DNA of 64,000 nucleotides. It comes from Narcine bancroftii. Taxonomy: Eukaryota. Both the position numbers and the translations under genes were made by a program. The stretch's first letter is position 1. The number at the start of each line of letters is the position of its first letter. The notes beneath the pieces are model-generated. The model saw only the letters and a list, made by a program, of their open reading frames with translations, made no database searches and was not told the origin of the DNA. The DNA lies in assembly GCF_036971445.1 (NCBI RefSeq), contig NC_091481.1, forward strand, positions 85,746,001 through 85,810,000, read 5' to 3'. Of this stretch, positions 10,436 to 24,824 are shown piece after piece.

Positions 10436-11279
10436 CTGACAGGTGCAATATTCAGTTAAACATGAAAACCTGCAGACGCTGGCGTCTACAAACGTGCCAG
10501 AGGAACTCAGCATGTCATACAGCATTCACAGGAAGTAAAGGGTAACCAAGGTTTTGGGCTTGGCCCCTCCCCTCTCTAGAGGGCTATCCCCCTCCCCCCA
10601 TCAGCTTATTTCTCTACTCTCACCTGTACGCCCCTTCCCATCCTTTTAAGTACCTGCCCAATTTTTTTTATGGATTCATTGCTGGTCTTTAAGAAGAGAA
10701 ACACAGATATTAAACAAAAGCCGTTTTCACACCGCAGTGGAGCAGTGACCCGACTTTGTCCCAGTGAAATTCCCAGGAATTCAGGACCTCCCAGCAATTT
10801 GGATGGGGGAAGAGCTTCTCCCAACCAATGATGTGTTATGCAAGTTCACCCCCCCGATGGTCAGTCATTCACCTGCCCCTCGTTCCTGCACGTCGCGGCG
10901 GTAGCACAATGCAGGATGAATGGCCGATTTAGTTTCTCATAATCCCTCACACAGCTGGACCCGCTCTGGGAAACACAGCTGCATGAAGAATCATGGTCCA
11001 CAAGGACAGTCAGCCATCCTGCATTCATGCTGCTGTTGCGACGTGCCGAAGCGGCCTGCTGTTGTCAGGCAGTAATCATCTTTTAATTTTAATCGCCAAG
11101 CAAGCATTGACGTCACGAGGCTTCCCTGCTTGGCCATTTGGTTCCCAGGACCTGTTTAAAATTCCTGGGCCAACCTTTTCACCACGCAGGTACACGGGAG
11201 GGTTGCCGGAAAATTTTCAGGGAAACTCCGTGGAACATTAAAGATAACAAAAAACCAGTCTTGCTTTCCATATCCTCAC

Positions 11280-11450
11280 CATGAAGGGTTTCGTATGCCT
11301 GGATCACTTCGGACATGTACATGGGCCGTTGCCGAGCAATGGTTGCCAATGAGCCCAAGGCAGCTGTAAGGTTGATGCTGGAGATGGCAGGGTGAACCAT
11401 AAACTTCAGGAGCTGATCCAGTGCCATTTTACCCTCTTCCTGAAGTGCAC
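11280..11450 (-). CDS. SYMPK: Symplekin exon 7 ([27 protein letters not shown]...YETLH)
   Basis: ttccag acceptor, gtgagg donor, 171 nt. Confidence 0.95.
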
Positions 11451-13759
11451 CTGGAAAAGATGCAGATCACAAGGAACCCATGAGAATTCCATCCTTAGCA
11501 GACTCCTCAGTTATCTGAGAATCCTGGCACTCAGCATACAAGCTCAAATTTGTAGCACTGAAATTCAACAGTGAAAGCACGAAGACTTTAATACGGGAAA
11601 CACAAATGCAAAGGAGCTGGAAGGACTCAGTGGGCCAAGCAGTAGTCGCGAAGAGAAACGGACAATCAACGTTTCAGATCCAGACCCATTTTCAGGACAA
11701 ATTTCGATTTTTAAATTTAAGTTACATATTTGTAAATTTAAACATACAGCACGGTTACAGGCCGCTTTGGCCTAATTATAGCAAATTGACCAACAAAACC
11801 CACCCCCGTACGTTTCAAACAGCGGGAGGAAACCTGAGCCACCAGGGAAAACCCATGTAGACACAGGGAGAATGTACCAACTCCTTAAAAACAGCGCAGA
11901 ATTCGAACCCTGGTCCCAATCACTGTTCGTTGCACTAACCGCTATGCCACCCACACCGCTCTGACATTGTCAGAGTACATACATGACAGTCACATACAAC
12001 CTTGAGGTTCTTTTTCCTGCGGGCCAAGCAGAATTTCTAATTACCAGCAAGTGCAAACTGTACTAAAATAAAGAATTGTAAGCAAACTGACTGTGCAAAT
12101 ACAGAAGTATAAATAGACATCAATATATAAAGAGCAGAGCAAGTCCTTAAATGAGTCTGATAGTTGAAAGGCAGCTATTCCTGAACCTGCAGGTACGAGT
12201 GTTGTGGTACTTGCACCTCCTTCCTGATGGCAGCAGTGAGAACAGACCATGACCTGGGTGGTGTGTATCAATGATACATTCTATTTCTCTCCATGGATGA
12301 CACATGGTCACCCCAACTCCTCTTTGTTGACACATAATAATCGCCTTTCAACATCGGTTCAATTCGCATGCATTGGCCTGCTTTTGAACACACCAGAGAA
12401 TTAATCTGCCAACATCCCAGGCCACAAACACCAGAACAATTGGATGGGTTGATAGCCAGTAACTGGCAAAGGGGAGAGATTAAAGATGAGGCATCACATC
12501 ACGTAGGATTGTCTGAAAGCCAAAATATACACAATGGGCCTAAAGGTTTCAGTCTATGGTGTTTAAGGGGAAAATACAGTGAGTCATGCCCTTGGAAGTT
12601 AGTGGAACCAAACTTCCAAGCAATTTTTTTTAATATAAAAGAGAACTGGAAAACATTCACATTAAAACTGAAGTAAGGAGAAGGGGAGAGTGTCCAATTG
12701 GATGCCTCCTTCAAAAACAATGAGTCAAAAAGCCTTATCCTATGCAGTAGAATTAAAGACAGGCAAGATTTGTTAATTTTTTTTTCTCCTCTCTGTATTG
12801 CAGTTTGTTTACATTGAGTCAGTTTTTTTTGAACATCCAATAAGTGGTTATTCTGCCTCACCTGCAGGGAAAAGAATCTCAGGGTTGTATGTGCTCAAAC
12901 AATTACAGGACGAACTTTAAAAATTTCAGACGAATCCTGGACAGAATAGTGGGACTGCATTTTTATTATTTATAAAAGTTTGAAAAACTCATTAAGCATT
13001 GTTACTTATGTGGGGGATCAAAACAGATCAAGTTATTTAAATACTATTTGTTTTATTCCAGCTAATTTTTTATTTTTAAAAACAATCTGCCAGGTCAAGC
13101 AGCATGAGCAGAGGGATAAAGAATTGTTTCAGGGCAGAACCCCGATGTTGTCTGACATACTGAGTTCTTCCTGCATATTGCTTTTTGCTCCAGATTTCAG
13201 CATCTGCAGTCTCTCTCATCTCCATTGACGTTGTTGACCTGTGACTCGTTTGAGAACTGACCGCTGTGGAAGCACTGGAGGCAAATCCACTGACACTGAC
13301 TCTGGTTGAGGGGCGGAGGGGAAAAAAAAGAGATGATTCTCTTTCTCTGACTGTAAGAGGAGCTGGGCAATGGTAATGGCGAACCTTTGTCCTATGGCAG
13401 ACTAAAGGCAACATTGTGTAATTTTTAATTTATGTTTTATTATAAGAAATAAGAGAGAAATGCATACGAATGCAAAGGCCAAGTCATTTTGTGTATTTAA
13501 GGCAAATATTGATAGGTTCTTAATTAGCCAGGGCATAAAAGGATATGGGGAGAAGGCCGGGCAATGTTCATAATTAAATGATGGGGCAGACTCGATGGGC
13601 GAACCTATTTCTGCTCCTATAGCATATGATCTGATGTTCAACCTAAGAAATTGGCACAAAGGCTTACAAGGAAACAACTCAGACCCACAGATGAATCGCA
13701 AACTTAATCTTTCCCTCATCACCGGGCAACAGGTCACAAATTATTCCGCAGGTACCCAC

Positions 13760-14009
13760 TGGCTTTGATGCATGAGTGATCTTTCACAATACGATCCAGG
13801 CTAATGTCATTCTCCTGCCGCCTGGGAACATCAGAATCAGGGGTGCGAGGTGACAGGACGATGATCAATGTCTCAATGAACTTGATGGCATGAGTCCGGA
13901 TTCCATCATTATCAGAATCGAGCATCAAGACAATGTCATCCTTCATGGTGCTAACCATATCCCAGCATGCCTCCTCCATTTCACTGATGAGTTTTGACTT
14001 CACCATCCA
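13760..14009 (-). CDS. SYMPK: Symplekin exon 6 (WMVKSK...[15 protein letters not shown]...HSCIKA)
   Basis: aatcag acceptor, gtgggt donor, 250 nt; [14 protein letters not shown] is a symplekin motif. Confidence 0.95.
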
Positions 14010-16249
14010 CTGATTAAAACAAAAACATTGAATTAAAATATTCCTGGCAAAGAAAATGCAAGGCGATTTATATGGTCGACAGCACGAAACTGTATCACAT
14101 CTTCAGCAAAGTGGAACATCTTAAGGTAGTGCACACATACCTCAAACAAATGTTAACTCACAACCACAGACAGAAGTGAACAGGCAGAGACTGGCTTCAA
14201 GGTACATCTTAAAGAGTGACAGAGAAAGTTTGAGAGGGTTTCATAAACTGAGCACCACGAGGGCGATAACCATTCCTGGAGGGGCCAGAATAAAAATGAT
14301 ACAGCCACATTTAACCAATTTAACAACAATCACCCAGCAGGATCCTATTGTAGATCCGAGACATTCCTTTAAATGAGAAAGGTTGCAGGTCCTGGGGTGA
14401 GTTCAATGCACAAGTGCGCTGGAAAAACTCAGGTCACAGTGTCCAAAGGAATAAAAGGTATTCAACATTTCAGGCCTGAGCCCTTCAACAAGGTATTAGC
14501 CTGATTAAAAAGTGGAGAGGAACACACACCTACAATAAAAGCTGAATGCAGGTGGGACGGCAGAAGGGGAAAAAGCTGAGGTGTTGGGGAAAGGAGAAAG
14601 CTATCAAAGGGAGAGTTGGATGAAAAGAGAATGATAGAAACACAGGGAGAAGTCAATGCTGATGCTCTCTGCTTGGAGAGTGCCCTTTTGGTGGGAAGGG
14701 AAGGGGAGGGGGGAAGAAAACGGCACTGTATATATATATATATTTGATCAATGTGGTTTATAGTGTGAAAAATAAAAAAATTAAAAAGGGTGCCCTTTTG
14801 CAAGCTTTACATTTTTAAAAACACTGAAAAGAAACAAGGGTAAAGTTAATAAACTTGCCTCAGTCATGAGCCGCTGTGTGAGCTATACTTTGCCACACTG
14901 TTCATCTGATGCTGGAATCTTTTTGGGAATTATTTTTCCAGTAGGCAAAACACCAAGATAGAACCGTGCACGAAGCAGGAAGGAAACTCCATACGATTCA
15001 TGGTTTAAGCTCATTGAGGGGGCTAACCACTTGCTTTTCTAACCTGCTCTACTTTGTACTGTGGTCAGTTCTGGTTACCTCATTTCAGGAGGGATGTGGA
15101 AGCTATGGAGAAGGTAAATTTCCCAAGAGATTGCCTGGAATGGAGAAAGTGGCTTATGAAGCAAGGTTAGCAGAGCTGGGACTTTTCTCTTTGGAACAAA
15201 GAAGGATGAGATGACTTAGTGGAGGTCTACAAGATGACGAGAGGTGGTGATAGGGGAGGACAGCCAGCAGCTTTTCAGGGAAATACGTAGCAAGCACCGG
15301 TGGACATCTGTGCAAAATGAGGAGAGAAAGGGTGCCTGGAATATATGGCTGGTGGGAGCTGGTACAATGGGGGCGTTTAAAACTCAGGCACATGAATGGA
15401 AGAAATAGAGGATTACGAGGCTGGAGAGAGATGGAAAGGTTTAGGTTTATGGAAGTCAGCTGAAGAGCCTCCACTGCACTATAATGTTCTATGTATCACA
15501 ACATAAACAAAATGGCAATCTTCCAGCTTTAGACTTGAATTCCACATGATACCTTCAACCTCTGGATTCCTTCCCTAAACATTATTAATCCACCAGGTTA
15601 CGGAGGAAGAAGTGGAAGGGTGGGGGTTTAAACGAGAGCCAGAGCTGTCCATATTAATACCATTTGATTATCTGGCTTTTTAAATTTAAACATGCAGCTC
15701 GGTAACAGGCCCTTTCGGCCCACGAGCCTGTGCCATCCAATTTACACCCAAATGACCTACAACCCCAGGTATGTTTCAAATGGTGGGAGGAAACTGGTGG
15801 GCCCCCCCCCTCCCCCAGAGGAAACCAATGTAGAAGACGTAGGGGAGAATGTAAAAACTCCTTAAAGTGCAGCACTCAAGCCCTCATCTCGATCGCTGGT
15901 GCTGTAATAGCGTTGCACTAACTTCTACGGTAACCATGCTGCCTCATTTTTGTTAAACCACACACCCCCCCCGCCCTTCTTCCCCCAGCCGTCTCTCCCT
16001 TCTCCCCTCTGTCTGCCAAAGTCAATTCTCACCTCTCCTCATATCACATTAACACTTTTAGTTGATCTGGACTCCTCTCCCAGCTGGCACTAGGTCTATT
16101 CTGAGACTTCCTGATTTTTGCTTATTCTTTGAAGGACTCAGATCCAAAACATCAGCAATATATCTTTACCTCCTATGGACCCGGAAACACTTCATTCTGT
16201 TTTTCCCTTAATTGTGTCAACGCATAACAAGATGTGGGAATGAAGAGTG

Positions 16250-16615
16250 AGAAGGAATCGTACAGAAGCAATTAAAATTATGAAAGGCATAGATAGAAGT
16301 AAGTGGGTGGGGGAGACCAGAACTAGGGGACAGAGCCTCAAGATTCAGGGGAGTAGATTTAGGACGGAGATGAGGAGGAACTGCTTTCCCCAGAGGGTGG
16401 GGAATCTGTGGAATTTGCTGCCCATTGAAGCAGTGGAGGTGACCTCAGTAAATAGATTGAAGACAAGGTTGGATAGATTTTTTTTTATATATATATATAT
16501 ATATAACATAGGTAGGTGGAAATGAGCCGATCGTCAGATCAGCCATGATCTCACTGGTTGGCGGAGCAGGCTCGCTGGGCCAGATGGCCGACTCCTGCTC
16601 CTGATGTTCTTATAA
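16250..16615 (+). mobile_element. CR1/HER1-like LINE 3' fragment
   Basis: Encodes the CR1 C-terminal motif TRGQSLKI...FPQRVGNLWNLLP; similar fragments near 13480-13630, 15050-15495, 17665-17945, 31940-32345, 32700-33270, 36820-37120, 40030-40640, 55225-55720, 56483-56845, 60935-61370. Confidence 0.8.
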
Positions 16616-17103
16616 ATTAAATAGCAAAAAGTTTTGAACCAAATAAATGACGTGAAAACAATTGGCAAGTCAACTCAATTTTCTGCATACGAGGCTAGTT
16701 TTTGAGATTGTGCAAAACTGAATACTTGTTTCCTTAGTTCAGAGGGCTTGGCCACAGAAGGTTTCTCACTAAATCTTTAACTGGTACAGAGGTTGGAAAT
16801 AACAATTCTACAACTCACTAATCTTGAACAAAAGTGGAAAAAAAAACAATCTTGCTCCTGACAGCCATATACCTGACAAAGGGCCCAATTACTTCCCATG
16901 GATGCAGAGTTTCTCCAGCACGTTCATGTATTGCACTCAACCCCCCCAACTTCTCTAGACTTTCAGGTTTAACTCCAGTCACCTGCTGCTGGTCAGTACC
17001 AATCTGCTCGTGAATTCAGTCCCCAATTATAAAAAAGGCACAGACTCCTGCTATAACAGAGGATCTGCTACAGATACCTTCCGGCAGCAGAGACATGACA
17101 TCA

Positions 17104-18148
<1,045 letters not shown>

Positions 18149-18165
18149 TCTTATGATACACTAAC

Positions 18166-18239
18166 CACGCCTCCTCCATGAATCCAATCACAAACTTGCG
18201 GACATCCACCGATTTATCAGATTGAAATGCGATGATTTC
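18166..18239 (-). CDS. SYMPK: Symplekin exon 4 ([25 protein letters not shown])
   Basis: ttgtag acceptor, gttagt donor, 74 nt, frame consistent with flanking exons. Confidence 0.95.
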
Positions 18240-19747
18240 CTACAAAAAAAAACGCATTTGTCAGTGGCCCTCATCAATGAAGTGCTCACATTTCCACAGC
18301 ACCAAACTCACTATCATATCTCAGCTCCTTCTGAGATCAAAAAAAGCGCAGCCAAATGCAAATGACCATACATGCATGCCATTGTATAGGACGATCCCAA
18401 AACAAAAAATTCACCTTAAAATCAAGGTCATCATGTACACCATACCAGGTCTAAAATCTGAACCTTGACAGCTCAGTCTCAACACCGCCACATCTTCTTG
18501 CCAGTTCCGACGCAATTGCACGCATGACCTGTTAGTTATCAATGAGGTCTCGGCACCCACCCACCCGTGGAGCATCCGCCCAGTCTGGCTGCTGTAGGCT
18601 CTGTACAGGCTTTAAATGACTTGTTACATGAGCAGAGGGTGGTTTAGTTTAAAATATGTAAACAAAATTTAAATGTTTACATGGTAATTTGTTATTAAAA
18701 TATTATGATTTGCTTTTAACAGTATCCACTGGTCAGCAGTAATTGCCAGATTTTTTTGGGGGATGTCCTATACAAAAGATATCACTCAAAAGCAACATTT
18801 TAGGTGGAAATTCCGGTGTTGTTTTATATGACGACATACTCAGTATTGCTTTCAAAGCCTCTCAATTAGAACACAGTGAGTGGTTTTTGAAATGATTGCC
18901 AGCTTTTGGTGTCAGCAGTGGCCTACCAGTCTCATCTCAGTCAGGTTAGTTCAAGCCCCGTTTCAGAGACAAGAACACAAAATCTAGACTGACTCTCAAA
19001 GTGTACTAGAAGCGACACCCTCCTAATGAGATGGCACTACTACCCACCACTGACATAGGGAAGACAAGATATCCTGCGGCACTTTTAGAACAAGAGCACA
19101 TAGTTCCAAATGCAACTGTGATCTCATCCAACATCACAAGGAACCTGTTGGTCTATCTCCTTCTGTGCATTACAGCACATTACCTCTTAGAAATTTAGAT
19201 TTAGACATAAAGCATGGTAAAAGGCCATTTCAGCCCACAAGTCCATGCTGCCCTATTTACACCCCATTAACCTACATCCTCCAGTACATTTTGAAGGGTG
19301 GGAGGAAACCCGACCCCCTAGGGAAACCCCAAGCAGACACAGGGAGAACGTACAAACTCCTTACAGACAGCGCAGGATTCAAACCCCAGTTCCAATTGCT
19401 GGCGCTGTAATGGCGCTGCGTTAACCGCTACGACAACCATGCCTCCCCTGTGCAAAGGATATTTTTTGACATTTAGTAAAGGAATTATGTACAGGCTCCT
19501 CTGCAGTCCAAGTGATGGCTATGAAATATTAGGCCTGAATAGCCCTTTCCTGCACTGAATATCCAAGTAATTTTGTGTAATTCTCCAGGAGACAATGACC
19601 TGATTACTCAGAACTGAATTCCACACCAGGCTTAAATACTTATAATGGAGATTTCTAAAACCATTTCCTATTCTTCGCCTCTGTCATAGAACACTACTGT
19701 TCAATCTGCACAAATGAGAAGTTTTTTTTCTGGAGACAATTACTCAC

Positions 19748-19801
19748 ATCGAGAAAGTTGTCAAGAAGTGTGGGATCCTTATTCACAATTAGCTCCTGAA
19801 C
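19748..19801 (-). CDS. SYMPK: Symplekin exon 3 (VQELIVNKDPTLLDNFLD)
   Basis: ctccag acceptor, gtgagt donor, 54 nt. Confidence 0.95.
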
Positions 19802-21186
19802 CTGGAGAGGGGAGAAACAAAGATTGGAGTAAGTCTTATAGGACCATGCAAAATTGCTGCAGTTAGTAGAGAACCAATTGTTCAAGTTCATTATCATCTG
19901 ATTGTACAAGTACAGCCTAACAAAACAATGTTCTCTGAACCTCGGTGCAAAACGTGCAGACACACATCCAGACATAACACATACAGACAAATAATACATA
20001 TGAAGGAACAATATACATATATAAAAATCAAAAAATATTGCTCAGTAAATATTAGGACTCTGATGGTTAGTGTGAACAGTTCCTTTGGTCGTACAGCAGT
20101 CTCACCCACGTGATTATGCTTAATGAGAATTTTTTTTTTTTTAATTGCTACTGGTGGAAATCGGAAATAAAAGCAGAAAAATGAAGGAAATACTCAAGTC
20201 AGGAGCATCTGTGGGAAGAGAGACAGTTACTTATGGCAGGCAGGAGGCAATTTTATACATTATTACACATTCTATACTATTACATGGCAATAAAAGGAAT
20301 CTTGAAGACACTGTCATCATTGCCAAAGTGAGGCCAAACTTGAGGAACACATCACATTAATCCAGTTCAGCTTTAAACCTAACAGCATGAACATTAGTTT
20401 TTCTAATTTTAGGTAACCTCCACCCCCATCTGGTTCCACTATTTTTAATCTCTTTACCTACTCCTGCACTTAATTCCCCCTATCTCTTTGAGAAAAAGCT
20501 CAGGCCCAAAGCATTGGTTACCCTTTGCTTCCTATAAATGTTGTATAACTCTAGTTTCTCTAGCATTTTTGTGTACTGCACTACAATCACAGCATCTGCA
20601 GACTTTCCTGTTTAAACTCCACACGTGTTAATAAAGTGGCCTTCAAAAGTCAGACTAGATTAAAGGTCAACAACCACCATCAAATAATTGCTTTGGAAAG
20701 CAGCAAGACATCCAGAATTGCTGGAAGACCATTAGCAAGGCCAAAACCTGATGGTCTTTCAGCACACAGAGACGTCAGTGAGGGAATGCTGTTGACTAGC
20801 ATTTTCCAGGGTGCAGGAGTACGTGCTGGGGAAATCACCAAGGCTTGGTGCAGCTAATACGAGGGTGCTGTAGGGAAAGACTAGTCTAGAGTCCTCCCAT
20901 TACTGGACACTGAGGGGCTGAGAGAGAGGGGAAAGTACTCAAATAACAGAGGGGGAGTAAGGAGGTAACTGTGTAAACAGAAATTAAAGCAAGTGTAGAG
21001 TGATGGAAATGTATGGATATGACACTAAGGGTGGGAACAGATTTGATAATTTTCCTTTTATAAAAATTATTGTGAATAAAGTCCATTTTCAGTTAAAAAA
21101 AATTGTTCAACTACCACACAATTTTAAAGTGTAGACTAAAATAGGGTCAAATAAAAATCTGTTTCAGTCACTTCATGTTTACTGAC

Positions 21187-21252
21187 CTGCTTGAGAACAG
21201 TGATTTTGTTGTCAGTAACAATGAGTGCTGCCTGATTCAACAGATCCACAAC
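21187..21252 (-). CDS. SYMPK: Symplekin exon 2 (VVDLLNQAALIVTDNKITVLKQ)
   Basis: tttgcag acceptor, gtcagt donor, 66 nt, conserved symplekin peptide. Confidence 0.95.
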
Positions 21253-21485
21253 CTGCAAACAAAAGGTCTTTTGATTATTTCCTGTTTTAATTACAAACCA
21301 CAATTATAAGTGCCAGACTAAGGCCAAGTTACATAAACTTAGCCAATGCTCCCTTTTACCCAAAGGTTGAGGGATAATCTATCAACATTTTTTAAAATAA
21401 CTTCACCATTCCACTGAATAAACCTCCCCTCCCTCTCCATCCATCACATCCTTCCTCAGCCCTCCCCAAATTAATCCATCACATG

Positions 21486-24300
21486 CCCCCCCCTTCCTCT
21501 CCATTCCCCCCCCTTCCTCTCCATTCCCCCCCCTTCCTCTCCATTCCCCCCCCTTCCTCTCCATTCCCCCCCCTTCCTCTCCATTCCCCCCCCTTCCTCT
21601 CCATTCCCCCCCCTTCCTCTCCATTCCCCCCCCTTCCTCTCCATTCCCCCCCCTTCCTCTCCATTCCCCCCCCTTCCTCTCCATTCCCCCCCCTTCCTCT
21701 CCATTCCCCCCCCTTCCTCTCCATTCCCCCCCCTTCCTCTCCATTCCCCCCCCTTCCTCTCCATTCCCCCCCCTTCCTCTCCATTCCCCCCCCTTCCTCT
21801 CCATTCCCCCCCCTTCCTCTCCATTCCCCCCCCTTCCTCTCCATTCCCCCCCTTCCTCTCCATTCCCCCCCCTTCCTCTCCATTCCCCCCCCTTCCTCTC
21901 CATTCCCCCCCCTTCCTCTCCATTCCCCCCCTTCCTCTCCATTCCCCCCCCTTCCTCTCCATTCCCCCCCCTTCCTCTCCATTCCCCCCCCTTCCTCTCC
22001 ATTCCCCCCCCTTCCTCTCCATTCCCCCCCCTTCCTCTCCATTCCCCCCCCTTCCTCTCCATTCCCCCCCCTTCCTCTCCATTCCCCCCCCTTCCTCTCC
22101 ATTCCCCCCCCTTCCTCTCCATTCCCCCCCCTTCCTCTCCATTCCCCCCCCTTCCTCTCCATTCCCCCCCCTTCCTCTCCATTCCCCCCCCTTCCTCTCC
22201 ATTCCCCCCCCTTCCTCTCCATTCCCCCCCCTTCCTCTCCATTCCCCCCCTTCCTCTCCATTCCCCCCCCTTCCTCTCCATTCCCCCCCCTTCCTCTCCA
22301 TTCCCCCCCCTTCCTCTCCATTCCCCCCCCTTCCTCTCCATTCCCCCCCCTTCCTCTCCATTCCCCCCCCTTCCTCTCCATTCCCCCCCCTTCCTCTCCA
22401 TTCCCCCCCTTCCTCTCCATTCCCCCCCCTTCCTCTCCATTCCCCCCCTTCCTCTCCATTCCCCCCCTTCCTCTCCATTCCCCCCTTCCTCTCCATTCCC
22501 CCCTTCCTCTCCATTCCCCCCCTTCCTCTCCATTCCCCCCCTTCCTCTCCATTCCCCCCCTTCCTCTCCATTCCCCCCCTTCCTCTCCATTCCCCCCCTT
22601 CCTCTCCATTCCCCCCCTTCCTCTCCATTCCCCCCCTTCCTCTCCATTCCCCCCCTTCCTCTCCATTCCCCCCCTTCCTCTCCATTCCCCCCCTTCCTCT
22701 CCATTCCCCCCCTTCCTCTCCATTCCCCCCCTTCCTCTCCATTCCCCCCCTTCCTCTCCATTCCCCCCCTTCCTCTCCATTCCCCCCCTTCCTCTCCATT
22801 CCCCCCCTTCCTCTCCATTCCCCCCCTTCCTCTCCATTCCCCCCCTTCCTCTCCATTCCCCCCCTTCCTCTCCATTCCCCCCCTCCTCTCCATTCCCCCC
22901 CTTCCTCTCCATTCCCCCCCTTCCTCTCCATTCCCCCCCTTCCTCTCCATTCCCCCCCTTCCTCTCCATTCCCCCCCTTCCTCTCCATTCCCCCCCTTCC
23001 TCTCCATTCCCCCCCTTCCTCTCCATTCCCCCCCTTCCTCTCCATTCCCCCCCTTCCTCTCCATTCCCCCCCTTCCTCTCCATTCCCCCCCTTCCTCTCC
23101 ATTCCCCCCTTCCTCTCCATTCCCCCCTTCCTCTCCATTCCCCCCTTCCTCTCCATTCCCCCCTTCCTCTCCATTCCCCCCCTTCCTCTCCATTCCCCCC
23201 CTTCCTCTCCATTCCCCCCCTTCCTCTCCATTCCCCCCCTTCCTCTCCATTCCCCCCCTTCCTCTCCATTCCCCCCCTTCCTCTCCATTCCCCCCTTCCT
23301 CTCCATTCCCCCCCTTCCTCTCCATTCCCCCCCTTCCTCTCCATTCCCCCCCTTCCTCTCCATTCCCCCCCTTCCTCTCCATTCCCCCCCTTCCTCTCCA
23401 TTCCCCCCCTTCCTCTCCATTCCCCCCCTTCCTCTCCATTCCCCCCCTTCCTCTCCATTCCCCCCCTTCCTCTCCATTCCCCCCCTTCCTCTCCATTCCC
23501 CCCCTTCCTCTCCATTCCCCCCTTCCTCTCCATTCCCCCCCTTCCTCTCCATTCCCCCCTTCCTCTCCATTCCCCCCCTTCCTCTCCATTCCCCCCCTTC
23601 CTCTCCATTCCCCCCCTTCCTCTCCATTCCCCCCCTTCCTCTCCATTCCCCCCCTTCCTCTCCATTCCCCCCCTTCCTCTCCATTCCCCCCCTTCCTCTC
23701 CATTCCCCCCCTTCCTCTCCATTCCCCCCCTTCCTCTCCATTCCCCCCCTTCCTCTCCATTCCCCCCCTTCCTCTCCATTCCCCCCCTTCCTCTCCATTC
23801 CCCCCCTTCCTCTCCATTCCCCCCCTTCCTCTCCATTCCCCCCCTTCCTCTCCATTCCCCCCCTTCCTCTCCATTCCCCCCCTTCCTCTCCATTCCCCCC
23901 CTTCCTCTCCATTCCCCCCCTTCCTCTCCATTCCCCCCCTTCCTCTCCATTCCCCCTTCCTCTCCATTCCCCCCCTTCCTCTCCATTCCCCCCCCTTCCT
24001 CTCCATTCCCCCCCTTCCTCTCCATTCCCCCCCTTCCTCTCCATTCCCCCCTTCCTCTCCATTCCCCCCCTTCCTCTCCATTCCCCCCCTTCCTCTCCAT
24101 TCCCCCCTTCCTCTCCATTCCCCCCTTCCTCTCCATTCCCCCCTTCCTCTCCATTCCCCCCCTTCCTCTCCATTCCCCCCCTTCCTCTCCATTCCCCCCT
24201 TCCTCTCCATTCCCCCCCTTCCTCTCCATTCCCCCCTTCCTCTCCATTCCCCCCCTTCCTCTCCATTCCCCCCCTTCCTCTCCATTTCCCCCCCCCTTCC
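21486..24300. repeat. About 2.8-kb polypyrimidine minisatellite, unit C(6-8)TTCCTCTCCATT (mostly 18-20 bp), in SYMPK intron 1
   Basis: Directly visible, roughly 145 copies, nearly invariant apart from C-run length. Confidence 0.99.
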
Positions 24301-24361
24301 CCGGCCCACGACGCCAGGCCTTCCCACCCCTCGCCCCACCCCCCAGGGGGTGCTTCCTCAC

Positions 24362-24475
24362 CCTCTCGCTCGTCGTCAGGCTCTCGATGGCGTTGTTTTC
24401 CTCTTCGTTGAAGTACTGCGTCGCGAGACAGCGTCGTGAGGAGCCGCTATCTGCGGCCGATCGAGCGGCAGCCAT
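24362..24475 (-). CDS. SYMPK: Symplekin coding exon 1 (MAAARSAADS...LTTSER)
   Basis: ATG in a CpG-rich context; resembles the symplekin N-terminus (QYFNEEE...TTSER); GTGAGG donor at 24361; 114 nt, phase 0. Confidence 0.9.
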
Positions 24476-24519
24476 GACCGTTCACTTTCACCCACACTCC
24501 ACCGCGCAGCCCTCAAAAC

Positions 24520-24670
24520 ACCACTGCGCATGTGCCTTATAACAAGAGCGTCACTGTACTGCGCAAGTGCTAAACCATATTACATTGCGCATGTCCGCCG
24601 AGGAACAGTTGGCTTGATCCTGGGAACTACATCTCCCGACATCCCTTGCGGTTACTGCCACGTGATTGGT
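24520..24670 (-). promoter_or_regulatory. SYMPK proximal promoter: three NRF1-like TGCGCA(T/A)GT sites and a ZNF143/SBS-type ACTACAnnTCCC site
   Basis: TGCGCATGTGC at 24525, TGCGCAAGTGC at 24560, TGCGCATGT at 24586, ACTACATCTCCC at 24626-24637; all within about 170 bp of the ATG. Confidence 0.7.
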
Positions 24671-24824
24671 TTTGCTGTGAGGGCTCTGGGCAACATGTTC
24701 ACAGATGCTCTCTCAATGGTTGAACCCTTGAAGATTTTTCCTCTTTGTTTTATTGCCACCAGAATTGGATGAAATGTCTTGTTTGTGCGACAACAGGATT
24801 CAAGAATCAATTTATTCTCATGTA

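Noticed and set aside
10718-11240. CpG-containing intronic stretch starting with a Harbinger-like terminus
   Set aside because: I could not find the second terminus or a TSD, so there is not enough support to call it.
21403-24542. Four ORFs of 930-1020 aa (G/R/E-rich or P/S-rich)
   Set aside because: They arise from a stop-free tandem repeat. Only the first 38 codons of the 24475 ORF are real (SYMPK exon 1).
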